Positions 54,088-64,000 of a DNA stretch of 64,000 bases are shown piece after piece. This DNA comes from an uncultured Gemmatimonadaceae bacterium. Lineage in GTDB: Bacteria; Gemmatimonadota; Gemmatimonadetes; Gemmatimonadales; Gemmatimonadaceae. The stretch covers positions 288,001 to 352,000 of the forward strand of contig CAVVTZ010000009.1 of NCBI GenBank assembly GCA_963751275.1, in the 5' to 3' direction. Each line of letters begins with the position of its first letter. Within the stretch, counting starts at the first letter, position 1. Under the pieces are notes generated by a model that saw only the letters and a program-made list of their open reading frames with translations, was not told the origin of the DNA and searched no databases. The translations under genes were made by a program, and so were the position numbers.

Positions 54088-54112
54088 GCCTCCCTCGGGC
54101 GCGGGGGCGGAC

Positions 54113-54439
54113 TCACCCCGCGTGGATCGACAGATGCCCGAAGAGGAACATCAGCGCGATCATGATGAGGATCGCGACCGTGAGCGGGCCCACGAAGAGC
54201 GCGCGGAAGAGCTTCTTGTCGTACTTGAGGTGCATGTAGAACGCGACGACGATCGCGAACTTGAGCGCGCCGAAGATCAGGATGGTCGGCACGAAGTAGC
54301 GCGTGGCGACGAAGGAGGGGATGTAGTAGACCCACACCTCGAAGACCGTCATGAAGAACAGGATGAGCGCGACCCACTTGTATGTCTCCCAGCCCACGTG
54401 GGTCTGGTCGTGCGAGTCGAGCTTGGATTCGTCGGCCAT
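54113..54439 (-). CDS. ctaF: Cytochrome c oxidase subunit IV family
   Basis: Three TM helices, KF..V..YMHLKYD; position in the operon. Confidence 0.82.
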   Translation of the reverse strand: MADESKLDSHDQTHVGWETYKWVALILFFMTVFEVWVYYIPSFVATRYFVPTILIFGALKFAIVVAFYMHLKYDKKLFRALFVGPLTVAILIMIALMFLFGHLSIHAG

Positions 54440-54448
54440 CGGAAGCCT

Positions 54449-55090
54449 CTACTTGATCAGGTAGACGAGCGCGAAGATCGCGATCCAGACCACGTCGACG
54501 AAGTGCCAGTACAGCGCGCAGATGTCGACGTTGATCGCATCCCGCGGCGCGAGCCCGCGCTTGATGTCGATGAAGAGCAGCGTGCTGAGCCAGAGCACGC
54601 CGGCCGCGACGTGGGCGCCGTGGAAGCCGGTGAGGATGAAGAACGTCGAGCCGAACAGGTTCGTCGTGATCGTGAGCCCTTCGTGCACGAACGACGTGAA
54701 CTCGTACGCCTGGAACGCGAGGAACGTCGCGCCGGCGGCCGCGGTCGCGAGCAGCCAGAGCTTCGAGTACTTCCGGTCGCCGCGCACGACGGCCGAGTGC
54801 GCGAGCACCATGAACAGCGACGACATCAGCAGCACGAACGTCGACGCCGAGGTGACCGGGATGTTCAGGATCGGCTTGAGCACCTGGCCGGTGGCGGGAT
54901 TGGTCCACGCCTCGTGCGGGAAGGGGCCGACGATCGAGCGTCCTTTGTAGATGAGATAGGTGGAGATCAGCGACGCGAAGAAGAAGCACTCCGAGCCGAT
55001 GAACGCCCAGATGGCGATCTTGTTGCTGTTGAGGCCGGTGCTGGTGTAATGCTCGCCAGCGTGGGCGTCGGCGGTAGCGGCGTGGGCCAC
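54449..55090 (-). CDS. ctaE: Cytochrome c oxidase subunit III
   Basis: FIGSE, TGFHGAHV and YWHFVDVVW. Confidence 0.93.
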   Translation of the reverse strand: MAHAATADAHAGEHYTSTGLNSNKIAIWAFIGSECFFFASLISTYLIYKGRSIVGPFPHEAWTNPATGQVLKPILNIPVTSASTFVLLMSSLFMVLAHSAVVRGDRKYSKLWLLATAAAGATFLAFQAYEFTSFVHEGLTITTNLFGSTFFILTGFHGAHVAAGVLWLSTLLFIDIKRGLAPRDAINVDICALYWHFVDVVWIAIFALVYLIK

Positions 55091-55101
55091 GGATCCTCTC
55101 T

Positions 55102-56971
55102 CTAGTGGTGTTCGGGTTCCAGCGGCGTGAGCAGCCAGTTATACAGCGTGCCGACGAAGATCATCGCGCCGAGCAGCATCAGGATCATGTTCTTGTGCCA
55201 GATCACGCCGGTGAAGACGACGCCGAGTCCCATCGCCGCGATCAGCGGCTTGATGGTGGCCGTCGGCATCGGGATGTGCAGCTCGGCGGCGGTCTTGTAG
55301 GTGGCCGGCGTGGACGGCGCCGGGTACGTCTCCGGACCGGGGCCCGGGTCGCCGTGCCACAACGGCGTGCGCGAGGTGACGTTCGGCAGCGCGGCGAAAT
55401 TGTAGTCCGGCGGCGGGGATGGGATGCTCCACTCGAGCGTGGCGCCGCCCCACGGATCGTTGCCCGCGATCTTCCCCGTCTTCATGCTGCGGAACCAGTT
55501 GATCACGAAGAGCAGCACGCCGAAGGCGATCAGGTAGGCGCCGATCGTCGCCATCTTGTTCTCGCTGTCCCAGCCCTGGTTCGCGTCGTACGTCCAGGTG
55601 CGGCGCGGCATGCCGTTCAGTCCCAGGAAGTGCATCGGGAAGAACGTGAGGTTCATGCCGATGAACGTCACCCAGAACTGGATGTTGCCGAGCTTCTCGC
55701 TCATGATGCGGCCGGTCATCTTCGGGTAGTAGAAGTACATGCCGGCGAAGAGGCCCATCATGGAGCCGCCGAAGAGCACGTAATGGAAGTGCGCGACGAT
55801 GAAGTAGCTGTCGGTCTGCTGCAGGTCGCTCGGCGGCGATGAGTGCATCACGCCGGAGATGCCGCCGATGGTGAACAGCGCGACGAGCGCGATGCCGAAC
55901 TTCATGGCGGTCGTGAAGCGCAGGGTGCCGCCCCAGAGCGTGCCCAGCCAGTTGAAGATCTTCACGCCGGTGGGGATCCCGATGAGCATGGTCATGACCG
56001 AGAACATCGAGTCGGCCACCGGCCCCATGCCCACGGCGAACATGTGGTGCGCCCACACGCCGAAGCCGAGGAAGGCGATGAGCATGCCCGAGTACACCAT
56101 CACGGAGTACCCGAAGATGGGCTTCCGCGAGAACACCGGCAGCACTTCGGACACGAGTCCGAAGGCCGGCAGGATGCAGGATGTAGACCTCGGGATGCCC
56201 GAAGAGCCAGAACAGGTGCTGCCAGAGGAGCGGATCGGCGCCGTTGGCGATCGTGTAGAAGTTCGTGCCGTAGAAGCGGTCGAACATCAGGAAGGTGACC
56301 GCGACGGTGATGATCGGGAACGAGAGCACGATCAGGAACTGCGTGACGAAGCTCATCCACGTGAAGATCGGCATGCGCATGAACGTCATGCCGGGCGCGC
56401 GCAGATTGATGATCGTCGTGATGAAATTGAAGCCGGCCGCCAGCGACGAGAGGCCGAGGATCTGCAGGCCGAGCACCCAGAAGTCGATGTTGAGCCCCGG
56501 GTTGTAGGCCTTGGTGGTGAGCGGCGCATAGCCGAACCATCCGGCGTCGGGCGCGGCGTGCAGCAGCCACGACACGTTCATGAACACGCCGCCGAGCAGG
56601 AACACCCAGTAGCTGAAGGCGTTGAGGCGCGGGAAGGCGACGTCGCGCGCGCCGATCTGCAGCGGGATCAGGAAATTGAAGAAGGCCGCGGAGAAGGGCA
56701 TGATCACCAGGAACACCATGGTGGTGCCGTGCATGGTGAACAGCTGGTTGTACGTGTCCGCGGTGACGAGGCGGCCGTTCGGGCCCCAGAGCTGCGTGCG
56801 GATCATCAGCGCTTCGATGCCGCCGATGATGAACCACATGAGCGATGTGTAGAGATACAGCTTGCCGATCCGCTTGTGGTCGGTGGTCGCGAGCCAGCTC
56901 CAGATGCCGGAGTCGTAGCGCGATTTCTCTGGCTGCGCGGTGACCGCGGGGGGCGTGACTGTCGTTGCCAT
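55102..56971 (-). CDS. ctaD: Cytochrome c oxidase subunit I, A1 type (frameshift near 56175)
   Basis: TDHKRIG, TMHGT, WLFGHPEVY, WAHHM and AHFHY. Confidence 0.95.
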
Positions 56972-56983
56972 TGCCGTCTCCGG

Positions 56984-58190
56984 TTACTTCAGGGCGGTGA
57001 GATACGCCGCGAGATCGGCGATCTGCTGATCGGTGAGGCCGCCGGCGGGCATGAAGCCGGAGCCGAGCGCCATCATCTGGGAACCGGGCTTCATCATGGG
57101 CGCGTCCTTGATCCACGCCATGAGGTGCGCGGGGTCGTTCGGATAGAGGCCGGCGCCGATGGAGGTGCGGCTGCCGACGTGCGTGAGGTTCGGCCCGATC
57201 ACGCCGGCCGAGACGCCCTGCACGGTGTGGCAGGCGATGCAGGGGGCGGTCTTGAAGAAGGCGGCGCCGCGCGCGGCGTCGCCGGTCATTGGATCGGCGA
57301 GTTCATGCGGCGTGGGCGTCGCGGGGACGATCCACACCGGAAGTTGGTCCTTGGGCCACGTGCCGGTGGTGAGCATCGCGGGGGTGGGCGCGGGCGCCGC
57401 GGCGGCCGCGGGCGCGCCCTTCGCGCTCTTGGGCGGCGTGGTGGTGTCCACCGGCGCCGGGAAGTTCGGTCCCGTCTGCTCGTGCGCCGCCCAAGTCGGC
57501 GAATTGCTCCTTGCCCACCACGAACGCCTTGAAGCGCATGTTCGCGTGCGACGTGCCGCAGAATTCAGCGCAGAAACCGTTGTACGCGCCGATCGAGTCG
57601 GGGGTGAACCAGATGTGATTCGTATGATTCGAGATCAGGTCGCGCTTGCCGTTGAGCTGCGGGATCCAGAACGAGTGGAGGACATTGTTCGTGCGCAGCG
57701 AGAAGGTGACGGGGCGCCCGACGGGGAGATAGAGCTCGTTGGCGGTGACGATCTTGTACTCGGGATAGCGGAACTCCCACCACCACTGGTGCCCGATCAC
57801 TTCCACCTCGAGTGAGCCGGCCGGGGCCTCGGACTGCGTCAGGAAGATCATCCGGACCGTGGGCACGGCGATGAAGGCGAGGATCACGGCGGGAATGAAG
57901 GTCCACGCGATCTCGAGCTTCGTGTTCCCGTGCGTCTGGACGGCCTTGGTGTTGCCGGGGCGGTAGCGGAACTTGAAGATCGCGAAGATCAGCGCCGCCT
58001 CGACGAACACGAACACCCCGGCGCCGGCGTACACCAGCCCCATCGTGAGGTGATCGACATCGTGCCCGAACTGGGAGTGGGCGCCGAACATGGAGTTCGG
58101 CATGTGCGAGTCGCACGCGGCGAGCGCCAATGCCAGTATCGCGACGAGCGCGGCGAGGCCGGATCTGCGCGCGCGGGGGTGACCTGTCAT
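56984..58190 (-). CDS. ctaC: Cytochrome c oxidase subunit II with fused cytochrome c (frameshift near 57495)
   Basis: Lipobox LAAC, HQWWW, CuA motif HSFW..CAEFCGTSHANM and CIACH heme motif. Confidence 0.93.
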
Positions 58191-58338
58191 CCCGGATCCT
58201 TGCTGAGCGTGAGGGAGCGCCGGAAGCCGAAGCGCTCGCGAGCGGAAAGCCGCGGCGAAACTATCGCGCGGCAGGGGTCAAATCAATAGAGTGGATGGGT
58301 ATCCCGCCAGAGGGGGGCGCACGCGGCGCGCGCGGCGC

Positions 58339-59410
58339 TCAGTCGACCTTGCTCAGCCGCGGATTGGGGCGGAATTCCCGGCCGCGCTTCGCCTGCGGCT
58401 TGCCGGCCACCTTCACGATGTCGGCGGTGAAGTCGAAGCGGCCGCCGATACAGCGACGAGCCCACGCCGTAGGAGTCCACCGGCACCTTCGGCCTCCTCG
58501 AACTGCGCGGATCTTCTCGACGGTGAATCCGCCCGAGACGACGATCTTCACGTGGTCGAACCCCTCGGCGGTCGAGCGCGCGGCGGACGTTCCAGACGAG
58601 CTGCGGATTCACGCCGGTGGGCCGGAAGGTGCCCATCTCGCGGCACGATCGACTCGTCCACCATCGTTCTCGGACGTGTCGAGGCGCACGCCGTACAACT
58701 GCTGGCCGAGCGCGCGCGCGCACTCGAGGCTCGTGCGCACGCAGTCGTTCTGGTAATCGACGAGCGTGATGATCTGGATGGCGGGATCGGTGTAGCGCGC
58801 GAACTTCTCGGTCGCGAGCACGGTGTTGCCATCGTACGCGGCGATGAGCGCGTGCGGCACGGTGCCGGTGCCCGACGAGCCCCACCAGCTCGCCTGCGCG
58901 TCGGTGGAGACGCCGATCGCGCCGGCGATGTGCGCGGCGTAGCCGTCGCCCGTCTGCACGAGCCAGTGATCGTGGCGCGCGGGGAAGAACATCACCGTCT
59001 TGGGGCGCGCGGCGTCCACGACGAGGCGCGTGTTGGTGCCGACCCGCGTGCGGCGCGCGAGCACGCCCAGGTACAGCGTCTCGAGATGCGCGAAGGAAGC
59101 GTACGGCCCCTCGATCGTCATGACCGTCTCCCAGGGCGCGATCTCCTCGCCGTCGTACAGCGCGTGCACCTCGAGCGCGCTCCAGTCGAAGCTGCACAGC
59201 TTGAGGATGGCGATCGCCTCGTCCATGCCGCCGAGGAAGCCCTGCGCCTTGCCGAACACCTGCATCATGACGCGCGGCGGCGTGCCGGTCGGCGAGCAGG
59301 ATCTCGCGCGCGCGCACGAAGTACTTGTCGGAGTAGTAGCCCTCGCGCATGCGGTCCACGGGGAGGTGGAAGACCGACGGGTCGAGGCGCGGGCGCTTGC
59401 GGAGCGGCAT
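58339..59410 (-). CDS. pncB: Nicotinate phosphoribosyltransferase (QPRTase-like fold; several frameshifts)
   Basis: YYSDKYF, HLETLYLG, GTVPHALI, GVRLDTS, IVVSGGF and DFTADIV in successive frames. Confidence 0.8.
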
Positions 59411-59522
59411 GAGGGGGTAGGGTAGCCCGAGGGGCCACGCTCGGCAAGCAGGCGCCGGGCTCGCACCGGCGTGTCGCGCGCACTGGCGGGGAGATGCGTG
59501 TGCGGGGCATCCTTAGCGTTCG

Positions 59523-60407
59523 ATGTCGATGCTCACCGCCAATCTGCTCTGTCTCGCGCTGGTGGCGCTGGATCTCGCGGCCCGCGCGTGGCGGATCCAG
59601 TTCATCCTGTGGGGGACGCATTACCGGATCTCGTTCTACGATTCGGTGGTGTTGAACTGCGTGGGCGACGTGGCGGCGGCGGCGACGCCGAACCGCATCG
59701 GCGGCGAACCGGCGCGGCTGGGCGGCATGGTGCTCTCGGGCGTTCCGATGGCGGCGGGCGTGGTGGCGATCGCGATCGAGACCGTGGTGATGTGGCCGGT
59801 GAACCTCGCGATCGCGGGCACGCTGGCGGTGATGTTCGCGCCGGAGTGGTGGCACACCGCGGGGCCGGCGCTCGAGGACACGTTCGACAATGCGTGGCCG
59901 TGGGTGATCGTGATGCTGCTCGCGGGGGTGGCTGCGTGGTGGGCACTGCGCAAGTACGCGCCGGCGCTCTCGCACTCGATGCGCCGCGGCACCAAGCGGG
60001 CGTGGGTCTATGTGCGGCGCATGCCGCGGTGGCCGTTGGTGACGTGCGCGGTGATGTCGGGCATCTCCGTGATGGCGCGCATCGCCATCCTGCCGGTGCT
60101 CGCGCTCACGCTGCCGCACCCGCCGCCGATGGGGCCGCTCTTCTTCGCATTGTTCGCGCTGATCTACGCGCAGCTGCTGCTGCCGACGCCCTCCGGTGCC
60201 GGCGCCGTGGAGCTGGGATTCCTCGGCGGCGCGGTGGGGAACCTCGGCACGGGGTACAAGAGCTTGCTGCTCCTGTGGCGATTCTATACGACCATCCTGC
60301 TCGTGATCCTGGGCATTGCGCTCGGCTTGCGGCGCTACGGACCCAAGGCGATCGAGGCGATCGTGCGAGGTCGCGCGACGGAACCTGAGACGACGGTGGG
60401 ACTATGA
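59523..60407 (+). CDS. Lysylphosphatidylglycerol synthase TM / flippase-like protein
   Basis: TP..GGEP, PTPSGAGAVE and LWRFYT. Confidence 0.85.
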   Translation: MSMLTANLLCLALVALDLAARAWRIQFILWGTHYRISFYDSVVLNCVGDVAAAATPNRIGGEPARLGGMVLSGVPMAAGVVAIAIETVVMWPVNLAIAGTLAVMFAPEWWHTAGPALEDTFDNAWPWVIVMLLAGVAAWWALRKYAPALSHSMRRGTKRAWVYVRRMPRWPLVTCAVMSGISVMARIAILPVLALTLPHPPPMGPLFFALFALIYAQLLLPTPSGAGAVELGFLGGAVGNLGTGYKSLLLLWRFYTTILLVILGIALGLRRYGPKAIEAIVRGRATEPETTVGL

Positions 60408-61045
60408 AACGGCCGGTGATCTTCTGGGATGTGGACACGCAGCACGATTTCATGGACGCGAACGGCAAGCTGTACGTGCCGGGCGCGGAGGAGATCAAGC
60501 CGCTGCTGAAGCGGCTCACCGACTACGCGCACGCGAAGAAGATCCAGATCGTCGCGTCGAGCGACGATCACGTGCCGGGACACCGGGAGCTGTCGGCGTC
60601 GCCCGACTTCAACGAGACGTTCCCGGAGCACTGCATGCGCGGCACGCCGGGCGCGGAGAAGATCCCGGAGACCGCGCTCGTGGCGCCGTACATCCTCGAG
60701 CCGGAGGCGCAGCCGCACGAGGTGCTCGCGCGCACGCTGTGGGGCTACGCGGGCGACGTGCTGATCCGGAAGCACTGGTTCGACGTGTTCACGAACCCGA
60801 ACACGAAGAGCCTGCTCGAAGCCTGGGACCCGACCGAGATCGTCGTGTACGGCGTGGCGCTCGACGTGTGCGACAAGTACGCGATCGACGGGTTCATCGA
60901 CTTCGGCATCCCGCGCATCCACCTGGTGCTCGACGCGACGCGCGCGATCCACCCGGAGCGGACGGCCGCGCTGGTGGAGGGATGGAAGCGCCAGGAGGTG
61001 GAAGTGGTGACGACGGAAGACGTGGTGTGCGGCCGGGTGGTGTAG
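60404..61045 (+). CDS. pncA: Nicotinamidase / isochorismatase-family hydrolase
   Basis: DVDTQHDF, DDH, PEHC, IRK and GVALDVC; near pncB. Confidence 0.8.
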   Translation: MKRPVIFWDVDTQHDFMDANGKLYVPGAEEIKPLLKRLTDYAHAKKIQIVASSDDHVPGHRELSASPDFNETFPEHCMRGTPGAEKIPETALVAPYILEPEAQPHEVLARTLWGYAGDVLIRKHWFDVFTNPNTKSLLEAWDPTEIVVYGVALDVCDKYAIDGFIDFGIPRIHLVLDATRAIHPERTAALVEGWKRQEVEVVTTEDVVCGRVV

Positions 61046-62137
61046 CGGGTCGGTTCTTCCTGCCGGGCCCCACCGAGGTCCGGCCGGAGATCCTGTCGGC
61101 GATGGGGCGGCGGATGATCCCGCATCGCGGGCCGGCGATGCGCGAGATATTGGCGCGCGTGCATCCGCGGCTGCAGACCGTCATGGGCACGGAGCGTCCG
61201 GTGTACGTCGCGAGCTGCTCGGCCACCGGCATGATGGAGGCGGCGGTGCGCTGCGGGTCGCGCCAGCGAGTGCTCGCGCTGGTGAGCGGCGCGTTCGGCG
61301 AGCGGTTCGCGCGGATCGCGGAGGCGTGCGGGCGCGAGGTGACGCGCGTGAGCGTGCCGGCGGGGGACGTGGTGACCGTGGAGCAGCTCGCGATCGCGCT
61401 GGAGCATGGGACGTATGACGCGGTGACCGCGGTGCACGTCGAGACCTCCACGGGTGTCGTGCAGGACATCGAGGCGTTCGCGCGGATCACGCGCGGGCGC
61501 GGCGACACCATGCTGATCGTGGACGCGGTGGCGAGCGCGGGCGGGATGCCGGTGAAGATGGATGAGTGGGGCGCCGACGTGATCGTGAGCGCGTCGCAAA
61601 AGGCGCTGGCGGTGCCGCCCGGTCTCGCCTTCGCGGCGTGCTCCGAACGCGCGATGGAGCGGTGCGTCACGCTGCCGGAGCGCGGCATGTATCTCGATCT
61701 CGCGCGGTACGACGAGTTCTGGCGAAAGGGGGAGACGCTCGGCACGCCGGCGCTCTCGGTGGTGTTCGCACTCGACGCGCAGCTGGAGGCGATCGAGGCG
61801 GAGGGGCTGGAGCGGCGGTACATGCGGCACATTGCGATGCGCTCGGCCGTCACCAAATGGGTCGCGGCGGCGCACGCGCGACACTTGCCGGTGGCATTCC
61901 TCGCGGCGGTGGAGCACCGCGCGCCGACGGTGAGTTGCTTGCGATACGAGGGGGACTGCGCGGACCTGCTCGAACGGCTGCGCCTGCGGGGGTATGTGAT
62001 CGGCGCGGGCTACGGCGATCTTGCGTCGCGTGACGATCCGCATCGGGCATATGGGGGACCACACGATCGCGGAGACGGACTCACTGCTGAGCGCCATTGA
62101 TGAAGCCATGGTCGAGGCGACCGGAGTCACGACGTGA
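61027..62137 (+). CDS. Class V aminotransferase (serine-pyruvate/AGAT-like; frameshift near 62030)
   Basis: FLPGPT, HR, HVETSTG, DAV, SQKAL; IRIGHMG continues in a shifted frame to TGA 62137; start uncertain. Confidence 0.87.
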
Positions 62138-62297
62138 CGGCGAGGGTGACACCGCTGACGGCGAGGGTGACGACGCTGACGGCGCCTGTGATCGTTGACG
62201 TGTGGCAACTACATGCGCCGCGGCCGTCGCCACAGGTCAACGACCACAGGCGCTCCCAGCGGTGTCACCCTCGCCGTCAGCGGCGTTACACTCGCCA
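62135..62297. repeat. Family E copy 3
   Basis: 21-bp units; loop ctacatgcgccgcggccg at 62209-62226; spans from one stop codon to the other. Confidence 0.93.
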
Positions 62298-62849
62298 CTA
62301 TCGAACTCTCGCTTTCTCCCCCATGCGTTCCACGAAGACCTCACGCAGCCCTTCCAGCGTCTCGGGCCACACCACCGCGCGTTTGGGCAGGTAATACGCC
62401 GATCGGTTCGCGAAGATGAGGAAGAACTCCGGCGTCTCCGTGGTCAGGCTCACTTCGCGCCAGGCGAATTTGTCTTCGAATGTCTCGCCGGCGATGCTGA
62501 GGCCGCGCGCATCGAACGTGTAGCGGCGCTCCTGGAGGGTGAGCGGGTTGTCGAGGAGCTGGCGGCGCGCGGCGCGCCGCACGGCGCCGCGGCGCCAGAG
62601 GATCGTCACGGTGAGCAGCACGGCCGGCACGCCGATCCAGATCATCAGCTCCACCGGGGGCTCCTTGGTCTTCCACCAGCGCCACGCGATCGCGCCGGCC
62701 GCGCCGAGCGCGAGCAGCACGAGCGCCACGATGCGCAGCTCGCGTGTCATGCGCCGCACCTGCTTCGCGTGGTACGCTTGCAGCGCGCTCACCGCCCGCA
62801 CATGCTCGTCCGGGGTGACGCGCCAGATCACCGTGCAGGAGTTCGCCAC
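62298..62849 (-). CDS. YcxB-family membrane protein
   Basis: Two TM helices, then W..V....ETPEFFLIF...YYLPKR. Confidence 0.8.
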   Translation of the reverse strand: MANSCTVIWRVTPDEHVRAVSALQAYHAKQVRRMTRELRIVALVLLALGAAGAIAWRWWKTKEPPVELMIWIGVPAVLLTVTILWRRGAVRRAARRQLLDNPLTLQERRYTFDARGLSIAGETFEDKFAWREVSLTTETPEFFLIFANRSAYYLPKRAVVWPETLEGLREVFVERMGEKARVR

Positions 62850-62855
62850 GGATCC

Positions 62856-64000
62856 TTACGAGCCGGCGAGGAGCGGACGCGGCACGGGCATCTCGCTCGT
62901 GGGGCCGCCGATGGCCATCTCGCGGGTCGGTCCGCTCGGGGCATTTCCAATGTGGGCCCGGACGCGGGCATCTCCCTCGTATGTTCCTGCCGCCTATCAC
63001 CGCCTTCCACCCGGAACGTGGAGACGAGCGCGAGCAGCCGCTGCGACGCTTCGGCGAGCGCGCTCGCGGCGGCGGTGATCTCCTGGGTCGTCGCGCTCTG
63101 CTGCTCGCTCGCGGCGGCCACCTGCTGCATCGACGCGGCGAAGTTCTCGGTGCCGCGCGCGAGTTCATCGAGGCGCACGGTGGCCTGGAGGATCAGCTCG
63201 GTGCTCTCGCTCGCGGTGCGCTCGATCTCCTTGGTCCAGCCCTCCGCGTCATGCACGGCGCGCTCCACCTGTGCGAAGCTGTCGAGCGCGCTGCGCGTGG
63301 CGAGCTGCACGGTGCCGAGCGTCTCGCGGGTGCGCTGGCTCGCCTCGCGCGAGTCTTCCACGTGCGCCAGCACGCCGGCGACGGTCGCCGCGGTCCTCTC
63401 CGCGGCGTCCGCCGAGCTCGCCGCGAGCTTGCGGATCTCGGCGGCGACCACGGCGAATCCTTCGCCCTGCTCGCCGGCGCGCGCCGCTTCCATGCTCGCG
63501 TTGAGCGCGAGCAGCTTGGACTGGCGCGCGATGCGGCGCACGAGCGTCACGAAGGCGCCGATCTCCTGCGAGGCCGCGGCGAGCGCCTCGGCGCTCTCGG
63601 CCGAGCGCGCGGCATCGGCGCCCACCGTCGCGAGCGCGGCGGAGCTCGCGTCGAGCCGCTCGCGGTTCTGCGCCGCGAGCGCGCTGAGCTTGGCGTTGCG
63701 CGCCACGCCCTCGCGCGCGCCGTTGGCGAGGCTCGTCGAGTTCCGCATGAGCATCGCGGCGTCCACCGCGCTCTCGGCGATCGAGCGCGCCATGTCGGAC
63801 GACTGGCCGCTCAAGTCGGCGGAGGTCTGCGCCATCTCGGAGGCGGCCGCGGACATCTCCTCGGTGCCGGAGGTGATCTGCACGGACATCGCGGCCGTCT
63901 CGGCGGCGGACTCGCGGATCGCCAGCACGAGGCGGCGCAGTTCGAGCACCATGGCCTCGGCGGCGCGCGAGAGACGGCCCATCTCGTCATCGTCGGCGGT
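62856..64000 (-). CDS. Methyl-accepting chemotaxis protein, C-terminal part (probable frameshift near 62940)
   Basis: [37 protein letters not shown] signalling hairpin; 5' end lies outside the window. Confidence 0.92.

Overview
High-GC, gene-dense bacterial chromosome segment; gene content and protein style suggest Gemmatimonadota (inference, not searched). Coding content is mostly housekeeping: ppk2, a TPP-riboswitch-controlled thiC-thiS-thiG operon, fatty-acid oxidation genes, a leuB-like dehydrogenase, rnhA, sucB-lpdA, gyrA, a caa3-type oxidase operon, NAD salvage (pncB/pncA), dacB, signalling proteins and an orphan DNA adenine methyltransferase. Several conserved genes are broken by single-base indels, most likely long-read errors. 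The unusual signal is non-coding: about 19 long inverted-repeat elements (85-310 bp) fill most of the longer intergenic gaps. They fall into several families, most built from short internal periods (7, 8-9, 13, 21, 28/58 bp), and usually abut a stop codon. No transposase was recognised. Three elements (1233-1441, 6497-6704, 12224-12467) share an arm-spacer-core-spacer-arm layout: a conserved ~31-bp AT-rich core sits 47-50 bp from CGGA-repeat arms, while the spacers are largely unrelated in sequence. This is my best candidate for an undescribed system. No rRNA, tRNA or CRISPR array was seen.
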